DNA of 64,000 bases from Candidatus Multivoradales bacterium (GCA_965223155.1 CBDCVR010000013.1:608001-672000); one strand, 5' to 3'; shown: positions 19,438 to 29,266, counted from the first letter of the stretch. A program made the numbers and translations. The notes: generated by a model from the sequence alone, not told the origin.

Positions 19438-21390
19438 ATGAATCTCGACCCAAAGTTCCCCCGGCGGTTCTCCGCCAAGTTCCGACCCTCGATCGCGCTG
19501 GCCGCGGCCGCGCTGGCGCTCGCCGGCGCCGTGGCGGCGGCCGAGACACCAGCCCCCGACGCCCTCGAGACGGTCGTCGTTCCCGCTACCGACCTGGGCG
19601 CGGACACCCTCGCCGCGCGCCGATCCCGGCAGGTCCAGTCGGCGGCGCACCTCGCGGTGCGCCACGACTTCCAATTCAGCGACCGCCGCGCCGAGAGCGG
19701 CATCGACTTCCGCAACCACGCGGTGCTGAACGCGGCCAAGCGCCACATGATGGTCCACTACGATCACGGCAATGGCATCGCGGTCGCCGACGTGGACGGC
19801 GACGAGCGCCTGGACGTCTATTTCGTCAATCAGGTCGGCGGCAACCAGCTCTGGCGCAATCTGGGCGAGGGTCGTTTCGAGAACGTCACCGAGGGGGCGG
19901 GAGTGGCGGTCGCCGACCGCATCTCGGTGAGCGCTTCGTTCGCCGACGTTGACAACGACGGCGACGCCGACCTCTACGTAACGACCGTGCGGCAGGGCAA
20001 CCTGCTCTTCTTGAACGACGGCCGGGGCGTCTTCACCGACGCCACCGAGGGTTCAGGAGTCGGATATGTGGGGCACTCGTCAGCGGCCACGTTCCTGGAC
20101 TTCGACCTCGACGGTGATCTCGATCTGCTGCTCGCCAACGTCGGCCAGTACACCATCGACACGGTCCTTCCAGATGGTTCCTTCCAGGGCATCGACGACG
20201 CCTTCGGCGGCCACCTCGACCGGACCCGGCACGAACGCAGCCTGCTCTTTCGCGGCGATGGAACCGGCCACTTCGAGGACGCCACCGATGCCACCGGACT
20301 GATCGACTTCGGCTGGACCGGGGACGCCACCTTCACCGACGTCAACGGCGACCGATTCCCGGATCTCTACCTTCTCAACATGCAGGGCGACGATCACTTC
20401 TACCAGAACCAGGGGGGAACGCGTTTCGAGGAGGTCACCTCCGACTTTTTCCCCAAGACCCCTTGGGGAACGATGGGGATCAAGTTCTTTGACTACAACA
20501 ACGACGGCCGTCAGGATCTTTACCTCACCGACATGCACTCGGACATGGTCGAGGTGGTCGAGCCCGAGCGCGAGAAGCTGAAGGCGGTCATGACCTGGAC
20601 CGACGAGCATCTGCAAGGAGGCGACGACAACCTCTTCGGAAACGGCTTCTACGAGCGCCAGGCCGACGGCTCCTTTGAAGAGATCTCGGATCTCGTCGGC
20701 GCCGAGAACTTCTGGCCCTGGGGTCTGAGCGTCGGCGACCTCAACGCCGACGGCTTCGAAGACGCCTTCGTCACCTCATCGATGAACTACCCCTTCCGGT
20801 ACGGCATCAACTCGCTGCTCTTGAACGACGCCGGCCGACGCTTCGTGGACGCCGAGTTCCTCCTGGGGGTCGAGCCCCGCGCCGACCAGCGCATTCGCCG
20901 CGAGTGGTTTCGGGCGGATTGCGGAGGCGACGACGACGAACACCCCGCCTGCCAGGAAAGCTCGGGGCCGATCTCGGTCCTGGGCAACCTCGGTACCCGC
21001 TCCTCGGCTCTGTTCGACTTGGACGGTGACGGCGACTTGGACATCGTCACCAACGAGTTCCACTCGGAGCCCCAGGTCCTGATCAGCGACCTCGCCCAGA
21101 AGCACGAGGTGCACTTCGTCGAGATCGAGCTGGTCGGCAGCGCCTCGAACCGCGACGGGTTGGGGGCCTCGGTCACGGTCATCGCTGGCGATGAGACCTG
21201 GACCCGCTACGCGGACGGCAAGTCCGGCTACCTCTCCCAGAGCCGGATGCCCCTCTATTTCGGACTCGGAGGCCACGACGGCATCGATTCGATCCGAGTC
21301 GATTGGCCCTCGGGCCGCTCGCAGATCCTGACCCAGGACCTCGCCATCGACCGCCGCATCCAGGTCGTCGAGCCGACGGGTTCCGGCTAG
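19438..21390 (+). CDS. CRTAC1 / ASPIC-UnbV family protein with FG-GAP-like repeats, exported
   Basis: Repeated DxDxDGxxD motifs, C-terminal SNRDGLGA...GYLSQS...YFGLG...VDWPSG; SD GGAGG; signal-like N-terminus. Confidence 0.88.
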   Translation: MNLDPKFPRRFSAKFRPSIALAAAALALAGAVAAAETPAPDALETVVVPATDLGADTLAARRSRQVQSAAHLAVRHDFQFSDRRAESGIDFRNHAVLNAAKRHMMVHYDHGNGIAVADVDGDERLDVYFVNQVGGNQLWRNLGEGRFENVTEGAGVAVADRISVSASFADVDNDGDADLYVTTVRQGNLLFLNDGRGVFTDATEGSGVGYVGHSSAATFLDFDLDGDLDLLLANVGQYTIDTVLPDGSFQGIDDAFGGHLDRTRHERSLLFRGDGTGHFEDATDATGLIDFGWTGDATFTDVNGDRFPDLYLLNMQGDDHFYQNQGGTRFEEVTSDFFPKTPWGTMGIKFFDYNNDGRQDLYLTDMHSDMVEVVEPEREKLKAVMTWTDEHLQGGDDNLFGNGFYERQADGSFEEISDLVGAENFWPWGLSVGDLNADGFEDAFVTSSMNYPFRYGINSLLLNDAGRRFVDAEFLLGVEPRADQRIRREWFRADCGGDDDEHPACQESSGPISVLGNLGTRSSALFDLDGDGDLDIVTNEFHSEPQVLISDLAQKHEVHFVEIELVGSASNRDGLGASVTVIAGDETWTRYADGKSGYLSQSRMPLYFGLGGHDGIDSIRVDWPSGRSQILTQDLAIDRRIQVVEPTGSG

Positions 21391-21419
21391 GAAGCGTCCA
21401 GCGCGGATCGGCCGGCGGA

Positions 21420-21926
21420 TCAGGCGTCCGAGCGGGCCCTCGCGCGGGCCGCGGGCACCTGCCGGACGACCTCCGCGAGAAACGCCTCGGGCGGATTCGG
21501 ACTCACCACCCACGTCCGGTCGGGAAACCTCAGCACAACCGCATCGGTGCGGTTCGTCATCCAGGCCCGGTACCGGCCCAGCTCCCGGTTCCAGAACAGA
21601 CCGCTGAACGAGAACAAACCGCCGTTGCCCAAGAGCCTCAAGGACTTCGCCACGGCCTCTGGCGCCCACTCCGCCGACTCGAGCTCGGACAGGTCGAGCT
21701 CCGTCGTCCAGAGCAAGCGCTCCACGAGCACGTGCCGTTCCCGGAGGCGGTACCCGCGGACGGTGAAGAGGGCGCAGACACCGACCACGGCCAGAGGCAG
21801 GAGACCCAGCAGACGGACTTCGCCGGGCAGTCGCGTAGAGAGTCCCACCGCTACCGCGAGCGAAAGTCCGGTCACGAGCACGGAGACCGCGATCAGGGAT
21901 CGGCTCGAGTGGGCCGCGTAGCGCAC
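21420..21926 (-). CDS. Membrane protein with bacterial PH domain
   Basis: Two TM helices then RLLGNGGLFSFSGLFWN...VVSPNPPEAF; -10 TAGAAT 6 nt upstream of the GTG. Confidence 0.7.
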   Translation of the reverse strand: MRYAAHSSRSLIAVSVLVTGLSLAVAVGLSTRLPGEVRLLGLLPLAVVGVCALFTVRGYRLRERHVLVERLLWTTELDLSELESAEWAPEAVAKSLRLLGNGGLFSFSGLFWNRELGRYRAWMTNRTDAVVLRFPDRTWVVSPNPPEAFLAEVVRQVPAARARARSDA

Positions 21927-22086
21927 GCCCCGATTCTATCCGCCCAAGCTCCGCACCCGGTCCCTAGAGGCTTGCCGCTCGGGCCAAGTCGTGCTGCAGC
22001 AGGCCGCAGCCTGTCGCAGCATGTGCAGGCTACAATCGAGCGCGCACGATTCCTACGTTTCCACTCGAACGACGAAAGGCGGCCCG

Positions 22087-22467
22087 ATGAACACCGATCT
22101 GGGGCTTCTGTTTCTCCGCGTCACCACCGGCTTCCTGATACTGACCCACGGCTGGGGCAAGGTTGCCAAGCTAGTCTCCGGAGACTTCTCGTTTCCGGAT
22201 CCCCTGGGCATCGGCGGCGCCCCGAGTCTGTTCTTGGCCGCGGCCGCCGAGTTCGGCTGCGCTCTCCTGGTGATCGCCGGAGTGAAGGTCCGATGGGCGG
22301 CGATTCCCCTGGTCATCACGATGCTGGTGGCAGCCTTCGGCCACCACGCCGCCGATCCGTGGGCCAAGAAGGAGTTCCCCCTGCTCTACGCCGTCGTCTT
22401 CGCGGCCCTGATCCTGACCGGCCCCGGGCGGCACACCCTGCCCGCTCTCTTGAAGAAAAGCGAGTAG
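22087..22467 (+). CDS. DoxX family membrane protein
   Basis: GLLFLRV...HGWGK, FPDPLGIG, AEF, MLVA, KEFPLLY, GPG. Confidence 0.9.
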   Translation: MNTDLGLLFLRVTTGFLILTHGWGKVAKLVSGDFSFPDPLGIGGAPSLFLAAAAEFGCALLVIAGVKVRWAAIPLVITMLVAAFGHHAADPWAKKEFPLLYAVVFAALILTGPGRHTLPALLKKSE

Positions 22468-22483
22468 CCGGCCGCCGGCGCGG

Positions 22484-24079
22484 CTACTCCTGGCTCCCGG
22501 AGGACCGGGAAGACCGGTCCGCCAGCTTGGCTTCGACCTCGGCGGCCGTTACCTCATCTCCCGACATCCGAGCCGCCCGCATCAGTCCCACCAGCGCCGC
22601 CGTCCGTCCCGGAGTGCGCTCGAGTTGGCGCTCGAAGGCAACACGCGCCTCGGCCGCCTCGCCTCCCTCGAGAAGCAGCTCGCCGAAAAGCTCCCAGGCC
22701 GGCTTGGGCAGAGTCGGGGGCCCAAAGGCGAAGGGCAGATCGTCCTCGAGCTCCGCCGCTTTCCGCAGCATCTCCAGGGCCCTCGAGCGCTCCCCGGCGG
22801 CAGCAGCCGCGAGAGCTCCCGCTATCCCCCGGGCCACCTTCCAGCCGCCTTCACGCGCCCACTGGCGGGTAGGCTGGTAGGCATCGACCTTGCCGACCGC
22901 CTCGGCCAACGCCTCCGCGTCGTTCCGGCTCCTCGCCATCAGGGCCTCGGTCAACGCGGTGGCACCCGCGCCGGCCGAAGACGCGGAAGCGTCCTCGGGT
23001 AGGCTCCAGCGCTCCAGAGCCGCGACGTCTCCGGCATCCACGGCGTAGCGAGCCCGCATCATGCGGAAGTGCCAAATCTCGCCGTCGTCCGGACGATCGC
23101 GAACCCGCTCCTGGCAGGCGTCGAGGACCTCGGCGGCTCGCTCTGGCTGGCCGTGCTGCAGGTAGCCGTACAGCAACCAGTACGGGTAGTGCGAGCATAG
23201 CCGCGGCCTCTTCCCCAGCTCGGCGAGGCGGGCGTTCTGGACGTCCCGCGCAGCGATGTTGGCGTCGATCACTTCCTGCCAGTACCCCAGGGCCACGAAG
23301 ATGTGCGAGGTCATGTGCTGGGCGTGGGCCGCGGCCGGCGCGATCCGAGCGTAGACCCGAGCCATCGGCAAGCCCAGCGGGGCATGCACGGGATCGTCGT
23401 ACGAATGGATCAGGTAGTGCGCCGCACCGGGGTGCTCCCGGTTGCGCTCCCAAACCTCATCGGCCACCGCCGCCGCTCGCATGTAGGTCGCGAAGTCGCG
23501 ACCGCCATGGGCGGCACCCAGGATCGAGAGGGCGTAGAAGGCGCGCGCCTCCAGGTCCTCGGGATTGCTCTCCACGAGCCGGCGCATCGCCTCCCGGTAG
23601 CGGACGTCCCGTTCTTCCTTGGGCAGGGAGTCGGTCTCCGGGGCAGTGCCGAAGAGCGTCTCCGCCGCGGCAAGATAGCCTCGCTCTCGCTCGGTCGCCG
23701 CCCGAGCCGCGCGGGCTTCGGCGGTGGCGTCCAGGCTCTCCAACACGGTCCGCGCCGCGGCTCGATCCTGCTGGGACCAGAGCGGGTGGTTGTGGGTCAT
23801 GGCTTCGCCCCAGTACGCCAGAACGAAGTCCGGATCGATCGCGCGCGCCGCCCGGAATCGCCGGGCGGCATCCTCGTACTCGAAATTATGGAGATAGAGG
23901 ACGCCCTCCACGAACTCGTCCTGGGCCTCCTCGGCGCCCGAGTTCGGAAAGGAGATCTTGCCCAAGAGCTGGGCCTCGATGGGCGCCACCGCCGGGATCA
24001 GAAGGCCCACCGCGACAAGCAGAACCGCCGCGATCCGGCGAGCGCGGGACAACGGCCGGGAACCAGCAACAACTGTCAC
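22484..24079 (-). CDS. Exported TPR-like helical protein with His-rich motifs
   Basis: Signal-like N-terminus; AQDEFVEGVLYLHNFEY, DPDFVLAYWGEAM, HPGAAHYLIH, HAQHMTSHIF; GTG overlaps the RidA stop. Confidence 0.75.
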   Translation of the reverse strand: MTVVAGSRPLSRARRIAAVLLVAVGLLIPAVAPIEAQLLGKISFPNSGAEEAQDEFVEGVLYLHNFEYEDAARRFRAARAIDPDFVLAYWGEAMTHNHPLWSQQDRAAARTVLESLDATAEARAARAATERERGYLAAAETLFGTAPETDSLPKEERDVRYREAMRRLVESNPEDLEARAFYALSILGAAHGGRDFATYMRAAAVADEVWERNREHPGAAHYLIHSYDDPVHAPLGLPMARVYARIAPAAAHAQHMTSHIFVALGYWQEVIDANIAARDVQNARLAELGKRPRLCSHYPYWLLYGYLQHGQPERAAEVLDACQERVRDRPDDGEIWHFRMMRARYAVDAGDVAALERWSLPEDASASSAGAGATALTEALMARSRNDAEALAEAVGKVDAYQPTRQWAREGGWKVARGIAGALAAAAAGERSRALEMLRKAAELEDDLPFAFGPPTLPKPAWELFGELLLEGGEAAEARVAFERQLERTPGRTAALVGLMRAARMSGDEVTAAEVEAKLADRSSRSSGSQE

Positions 24080-24615
24080 TCTGAGCTCCTCTCGGTTGCA
24101 CCCGCGCCCTCGGTGGCTGTCTCGACGGCGGGGGCGGGCCCGGCAGCGATGCATTCCAGCTCGACCCGAGCTCCCAGGGCCAGCCCGGAGACTCCCATGG
24201 CGCTTCGGGCCGGCAGGTTGCTCTCAAAATAGGAACTGTAGACGGTATTGAATGTGGGCCATTCACCGATGTCGGCGAGCATCGCCGTGCACTTGACCAG
24301 GTCTTCCGGGGTCAAGCCCTGGCGGGCCAGGGCGGCGGTCATGTTGGCGAAGATCTGGCGAGTTTCGGCCTCGATGCCTCCCGGCGCCAGAGCCAGGCCG
24401 GCAGTCCCGGACGCGCCGGAGTCCCAGACCACGCCGATCTGTCCGGACAGGAAGACCAGCTCGCCGACCCGGACCGACTCCGAAAACGGCAGCCCGTCGC
24501 GGCCGGGGATGGGTTGGTAGACGACGTCGCCTCCGACCGCCACCGGTGCCGGCCAGGCGCCGGCGCCCAGGATGATGGCCGTCAGGATTGTCCGCAGGGT
24601 TGCTCTCTTCATCAT
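24076..24615 (-). CDS. RidA/YjgF family protein with N-terminal signal peptide
   Basis: PFSESVRVGELVFLSGQIG, FNTVYSSYF, PARSA, VELECIA; GAGGA before tandem ATGs. Confidence 0.88.
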   Translation of the reverse strand: MMKRATLRTILTAIILGAGAWPAPVAVGGDVVYQPIPGRDGLPFSESVRVGELVFLSGQIGVVWDSGASGTAGLALAPGGIEAETRQIFANMTAALARQGLTPEDLVKCTAMLADIGEWPTFNTVYSSYFESNLPARSAMGVSGLALGARVELECIAAGPAPAVETATEGAGATERSSE

Positions 24616-24620
24616 TCCTC

Positions 24621-25172
24621 CTAATCCGAACCGTCGGCGTGCCGCCGGCGGATGCGCTCCAGTTGCGCCAGGTGAATCAAGTCGTGACCGGCATAGAGGC
24701 GCAGCATCTCGGTGAGGGACTCGCGCCCGCGCTCGTCGTGGCGTCCGCTTCGAGCCAGCTCGTCGGCATCCAGGCTCTCGAGCAGCGCCAGGTTCCGCTC
24801 TCGCTGGAAGCGAAAACGCCGCAAGTACTCGTCCGCGTGCCCTTCCCGGTACCGCAATCGCTGGGCCCAGCGGTCCTGGTCGAAGCCGTTGAGCACCGGA
24901 TCCCGCTCGGCGAGGACGACCCGCATCCGGTATGCCCAGACCAGCTCCCCGTCCGCCAGGTGGCCGAGCACCTCGAGCATCGACCACTTGCCTTCGGCTT
25001 CGGGCCGGCGCAGGGTTTCGTCGCTCGACCCGCCCACGATCTCTTCGAGAGCCCGGCTGGTGGCGGCCAGAATCTCGAGCGGATCTCGGCCGCCGACCAA
25101 GTCGTTGACGGCGGTGACGTACGCCTCCGCGCCTTCTACGGCACCAACCTGGCGATTCGAGAACACCGACAT
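24621..25172 (-). CDS. DinB family protein
   Basis: GKWSMLEVLGHLAD, GFDQDRW, AGHDLIHLAQL (His triad). Confidence 0.88.
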   Translation of the reverse strand: MSVFSNRQVGAVEGAEAYVTAVNDLVGGRDPLEILAATSRALEEIVGGSSDETLRRPEAEGKWSMLEVLGHLADGELVWAYRMRVVLAERDPVLNGFDQDRWAQRLRYREGHADEYLRRFRFQRERNLALLESLDADELARSGRHDERGRESLTEMLRLYAGHDLIHLAQLERIRRRHADGSD

Positions 25173-25244
25173 GTCATTTCTCGCAAACGGGGTCGGGCCT
25201 TGGCATCTTAGCCGATCCTCTCGGACTCATCGCGGCACTCGCTA

Positions 25245-25643
25245 TCAACGTTCGCTCCGGATCCAGCTCGCGACCAGCAACAAGGCGACACCGATGGCCA
25301 AGACCTGGATGCCGAAAGGGCTCAGGCCCGACGGTCCGCCGAAGCTCCCGGTTTCCAGGACGAAAGCTCCAAGAAGGAGGAGGGGCGCAGCGAGCACCAG
25401 GATCGAGCCGACCAGGGACAGCCAGCGCAAGTGGCCCTCGAAGCGAGCCAGGCCGAGCGCACCGTTCACCAGGGCCGCCGCCAGCAGATAGATATGCCGC
25501 GAACGAAACAGCATGCGCAGCCCCCGCTCGAGCTCGTCCATCGCCGGATCGTGCCGGCGCATGTACCAGCCAGTGGCGGCAACGGCAAAGAAGGCCACCC
25601 AGCCCACGAGAGCGTGAGCTTGCGCCCTCCTCGGCAGCCTCAT
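25245..25643 (-). CDS. Hypothetical four-TM membrane protein
   Basis: ATGA overlap with the upstream gene; HALVG, TGWYM, RSRHIYLL and hydrophobic helices. Confidence 0.65.
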   Translation of the reverse strand: MRLPRRAQAHALVGWVAFFAVAATGWYMRRHDPAMDELERGLRMLFRSRHIYLLAAALVNGALGLARFEGHLRWLSLVGSILVLAAPLLLLGAFVLETGSFGGPSGLSPFGIQVLAIGVALLLVASWIRSER

Positions 25644-26488
25644 GGCTCCACGACCCAAGCCTCCGGCGGTGCGTCCGACCGGACCGCTGCCCAGTAGGCC
25701 AAGGAAAATCCGGCCCTGGGCGGCAAGGGGCCCGCATCCGCGCCCAGCGGCCGGTAGCCGACCGCTCGGGCCGCAGAGTCTCCAAAGAGGCAGTTGAAAA
25801 CGGTCGGGACGTGCTCGCTCCCCCGGTGCGGAGCCAGGGCCGCCGCCACGGCTTCTCGCTCGTCGGGTGCGAGCTCGGGCAGGTCTGGTGGGGCACCGTG
25901 GGGCGAAGCGAACCGCAGGGCCCGACCTTCCTGGACCATCCGCTCCTCCAGCGTCCTTGGGAACCCATGCCGGACCAGATGCGCGGTCCGGTAGCAGGCC
26001 CGCAGAACCTCGAGCCGGGTCACGTCGGATTCGACCGGCTCCGCGGTCCAAAGCAAAACCGCGCCCCAGCCCCGCGCCAACTCGCCCCGGGGCGCGAACA
26101 GGTGCTCGAACTCCATTTGGTGGCGCTGGGTCCAGCCACCGCCGAGGTCGTCGGCCAGAACGAAGCCGAACCCGAACCCGTCGAGAGCGGCGCCGAGACG
26201 AGCCGCCGCCTGGGCGTGTGCTTCGCGGCCGAGTTCTTCGAAGGACCGGCCCAGAAGCTCGTCCAGCCTGGCCGGGACATGCTCCTTGCCCATGGGATTG
26301 AATCGACTGAGCGGCAGGGCCAGATCGCCGCGATCGTCGGTCAGGATCCTCAGGTACTCCTGGAAGCGTGCTCGCGGCTCGTCAAGGTCGTAGAGCCGGC
26401 GCTGCGCCTCGAGCAGCGACACCCACACCGAGGCCGCGACCGGGCCTCCAGAGCGCGCCGCCTCCTTCAAGGGGCTCTCCAAGAGCAT
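25640..26488 (-). CDS. Hypothetical protein
   Basis: Coherent ORF from ATG 26488 with -10 TATCAT 6 nt upstream; NPMGKEHV, DDLGGGWT, QEG, LFGD motifs. Confidence 0.7.
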   Translation of the reverse strand: MLLESPLKEAARSGGPVAASVWVSLLEAQRRLYDLDEPRARFQEYLRILTDDRGDLALPLSRFNPMGKEHVPARLDELLGRSFEELGREAHAQAAARLGAALDGFGFGFVLADDLGGGWTQRHQMEFEHLFAPRGELARGWGAVLLWTAEPVESDVTRLEVLRACYRTAHLVRHGFPRTLEERMVQEGRALRFASPHGAPPDLPELAPDEREAVAAALAPHRGSEHVPTVFNCLFGDSAARAVGYRPLGADAGPLPPRAGFSLAYWAAVRSDAPPEAWVVEP

Positions 26489-26510
26489 CGCGGAATGATA
26501 CCTTTCCGCC
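26489..26510. promoter_or_regulatory. Bidirectional promoter with overlapping -10 hexamers
   Basis: Minus-strand TATCAT 26495-26500 and plus-strand TGA-TACCTT (hexamer 26499-26504); each hexamer is 6 nt from its start codon. Confidence 0.6.
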
Positions 26511-27755
26511 GTGGTCAAGCTCGCGGTCGACCCGGATCGGGTCTTGGCGGAACTGGACGAGCTGGCCCGAATCGGAGGCGACGGGCGGGCGGTCCACCGT
26601 CCGGCGCTGTCGCCGGGCGACGTCGCCGCCCGGCTCTGGCTGGAAGAGCGCATGGCCGCAGCCGGCCTCGAGACCCGGATCGACGGCGTCGGCAACGTCT
26701 TCGGCCGCACCCCCGGAGCCCGACGGCGCCTGCTCCTGGGCTCGCATACCGACACCGTGCCCGGCGGCGGACGGCTGGATGGCGCGCTCGGCGTCCTCTA
26801 CGGCCTCGAGATCGCCCGTGCCTTCATGGCCGCCGGCGGCGGGGATCCGGGCCTCGAAGTGATCGACTTCTCCGACGAAGAAGGGACTTTTCGTCCCCTG
26901 CTGGGCAGCCGCTCCTATGCCGACTCGCTGGATGAGGGCTCCGGCGTCCGGAGCGCCGACGGACGGTCGCTACAGGAGGCGCTCGACGCCACCCCCTGGT
27001 GCGGGCGTCCGCCGGAACGCCTGGATCCACAAGCCCATCTGGGATACCTCGAGGCCCATATCGAACAAGGCCCCACGCTCGAAGCGTCCGGCTGCGACGT
27101 CGGAGTAGTGGACGCCATCTGCGGCCTCGCCCGGCTGCGCGTCGTCTTTTCGGGCCGCGCGGACCATGCCGGCACGACCCCGCCCGAGCTGCGCCGCGAT
27201 GCCGGCAGCGCCGCTCTGACGCTGGCCGCCGAGGTTCCGGACCTGGGCGCCACCCACGATGCGGCCCTTTGGAACGTGGGCGGTGTGGACCTCGAGCCGG
27301 GCATGTACAACGTCGTCCCGGCTCGAGCCGTGGTCCTGATCGAGTATCGCGGGCACCGGCCCGACTGCCTCGAGAGCGTCGCCGCGGCCACTGGCCGCCG
27401 GGCACACGAACTGGCCGAAGCGAGCGGCCTCACGGTCGAGGTCGAGCGAGGCGCGATCGCCGCGCCGGCCCGGCTGGACGAGGACTTCGGCCGCGCGCTC
27501 GAGAGCGCCGCGCGTCAGACGGACGCGAGCGCGCGCCGGATGGTCAGCGGCGCCGGTCACGACGCCATGGCGATCGCTCCCCACCTGCCCGCCGGCCTGC
27601 TGTTCGTTCCGTCCGTTGGCGGACGCAGCCACGACCCCGACGAGGACACCCGTCCGGAGGACATCGTGCGCGGACTCAAGGTCCTGACCCGGGCGGTCGA
27701 GATCATTCTCGCTGACTCGAGGGCGGGCTCGGGGGCTAACTCGACGGCGGGCTGA
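26511..27755 (+). CDS. M20 family Zn-dependent amidohydrolase (allantoate / N-carbamoyl-amino-acid hydrolase type)
   Basis: GSHTDTVPGGGRLDGALG, DEEG, EAHIEQGP, HAGTTP, SGAGHDA, SH. Confidence 0.9.
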   Translation: MVKLAVDPDRVLAELDELARIGGDGRAVHRPALSPGDVAARLWLEERMAAAGLETRIDGVGNVFGRTPGARRRLLLGSHTDTVPGGGRLDGALGVLYGLEIARAFMAAGGGDPGLEVIDFSDEEGTFRPLLGSRSYADSLDEGSGVRSADGRSLQEALDATPWCGRPPERLDPQAHLGYLEAHIEQGPTLEASGCDVGVVDAICGLARLRVVFSGRADHAGTTPPELRRDAGSAALTLAAEVPDLGATHDAALWNVGGVDLEPGMYNVVPARAVVLIEYRGHRPDCLESVAAATGRRAHELAEASGLTVEVERGAIAAPARLDEDFGRALESAARQTDASARRMVSGAGHDAMAIAPHLPAGLLFVPSVGGRSHDPDEDTRPEDIVRGLKVLTRAVEIILADSRAGSGANSTAG

Positions 27756-28209
27756 GCCAGTCGGGGGCCACCCGCACGGCGACCACCGAGGCTTCGGCCA
27801 ACATCCGCTCGCCGACCGCCACCGAAGCTTCCACCCGGCTCTTGCGATCCGAAACCTCGACCACCCGCGCTCGCAGCTCGAGCGTGCGGCCGATCGGGGC
27901 CGGCCGGTGGTAGCGCACGTCCAGCCGGCCGGTGACGAACCAGATCCGCGGCGCCGAGCCCGGTTCGCGGCCTTCCCGCCGGTAGGCGTCGGCAACCGCC
28001 GTGCAGATGGCGTGGCAGTCCAGAACCGTCGCCAGGACGCCGCCGTTGACGACGTGGCGTGGCCCGGCGGCGTGGATCGGAGCCGGCCTGAAGCGCGCGA
28101 CCGCCTCCTCCCCGGCCCAGCGACTCTTGAGCCGCAGGCCGTCCGGGTTGTCCGGACCGCATCCGAAACAGAAGTTCGAGCCGATGAGATCCTGGAAAGC
28201 GTCCGTCAT
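27736..28209 (-). CDS. PaaI/hot-dog fold thioesterase
   Basis: CFGCGPDNPDGL, VNGGVLATVLDCH, VTGRLDVRYHRPAP; -10 TACCAT 7 nt before ATG 28209. Confidence 0.85.
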   Translation of the reverse strand: MTDAFQDLIGSNFCFGCGPDNPDGLRLKSRWAGEEAVARFRPAPIHAAGPRHVVNGGVLATVLDCHAICTAVADAYRREGREPGSAPRIWFVTGRLDVRYHRPAPIGRTLELRARVVEVSDRKSRVEASVAVGERMLAEASVVAVRVAPDWLSPPSS

Positions 28210-28260
28210 GAACGGCATGGTACCGGGGTCCGCTTGCACCCGGGCGCTCGATCGAGGACG

Positions 28261-29187
28261 ATGTCCGAAGCGATGACCTACCGCTGCTTCCGCCACTCGT
28301 TGTTGGCCGGGACCGGTCCCGGCGACGCGGGCGGTGAATTCTCGCGCCCGGCCGCTCCGCCCTCGCGGGCCTTGGCGACCCTTTGGGCCCTGGCAGCGGC
28401 GTTGGCGGCCCTGGCGCCGGCCCCGCTAGCTGCCGGGACCCTGGGACCCTTTGCCGACTTCGCGGCGGCGGAGGCGTTCCTGAAGGAGGCCGAAGTGGTA
28501 TCCATGGAGCCGTTGGGAGAGGGCGTCACGCAGTCCTCCAAAGCGGTCCTCTCGAACGGCGCGACCACCGCCGCCGCCGTGTGGAAGACCATCGACGAGT
28601 TCCGTCCGGTGATGCGCTTCGACGACGGCGGCCCGCCCGAGCTCGGCTTCCGAGACACCTACAAGAGCGAGATCGCGGCCTACGAGCTGGACCGGCTCCT
28701 GGAGCTGGGCCGGGTGCCGCCAACGGTTCCGCGAACGATCCGGAAGCGGCAGGGCTCGCTCCAGCTCTGGCTTACCGGCTGTATCTCGGAAGCCGAGCGG
28801 CGCCGCGCGGGCAAGAAGCCGACCGACGCGCTCCGGTGGTTCCGGGAGGTCGCCCGAAGCCGCGCCTTTCTCCAACTCGTCGGCGACGCCGATCATCAGA
28901 ACCAAAGCAACCTTCTGGTCGATCCCGAGTTCCGCATCTACGTGATCGACAGCTCGCGGGCCTTCCGCACGCACAAAGACGTCCTGGACAGCGACTCGCT
29001 GACCCGCTTCTCCCGGCAACAGCTCGACGCGCTCCGGGCCCTGGACGAATCGACCCTCGAGACCCGGCTCGGGCAATGGCTGTCCAAGGGACAGCGCGCC
29101 TCCCTGCTGAAGCGGCGGGACCGGATTCTGGAGCGCGCCGCCGAGCTGGTCGCCGAACGCGGCCCCGAGGCCGTCCTTCTTCCCTGA
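28261..29187 (+). CDS. Putative exported atypical kinase-like protein (Fam20/PI3K-like fold)
   Basis: AVWK, SEIAAYELDRLLELGRVPPTVPR, GSLQLW, GDADHQNQSN, VIDSSRAF; signal-like hydrophobic segment; start uncertain. Confidence 0.65.
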   Translation: MSEAMTYRCFRHSLLAGTGPGDAGGEFSRPAAPPSRALATLWALAAALAALAPAPLAAGTLGPFADFAAAEAFLKEAEVVSMEPLGEGVTQSSKAVLSNGATTAAAVWKTIDEFRPVMRFDDGGPPELGFRDTYKSEIAAYELDRLLELGRVPPTVPRTIRKRQGSLQLWLTGCISEAERRRAGKKPTDALRWFREVARSRAFLQLVGDADHQNQSNLLVDPEFRIYVIDSSRAFRTHKDVLDSDSLTRFSRQQLDALRALDESTLETRLGQWLSKGQRASLLKRRDRILERAAELVAERGPEAVLLP

Positions 29188-29266
29188 CGCTCTCCCCTGA
29201 CGCCATCGCGAGGGGCCACGGCGGGCCGGCCGCGACCTCCTACGAGGTCGCGATAGCATCCCGAAC

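Noticed and set aside
27736-27755. 20-bp convergent overlap of the amidohydrolase and thioesterase 3' ends
   Set aside because: Common in compact high-GC genomes; nothing points to a function.
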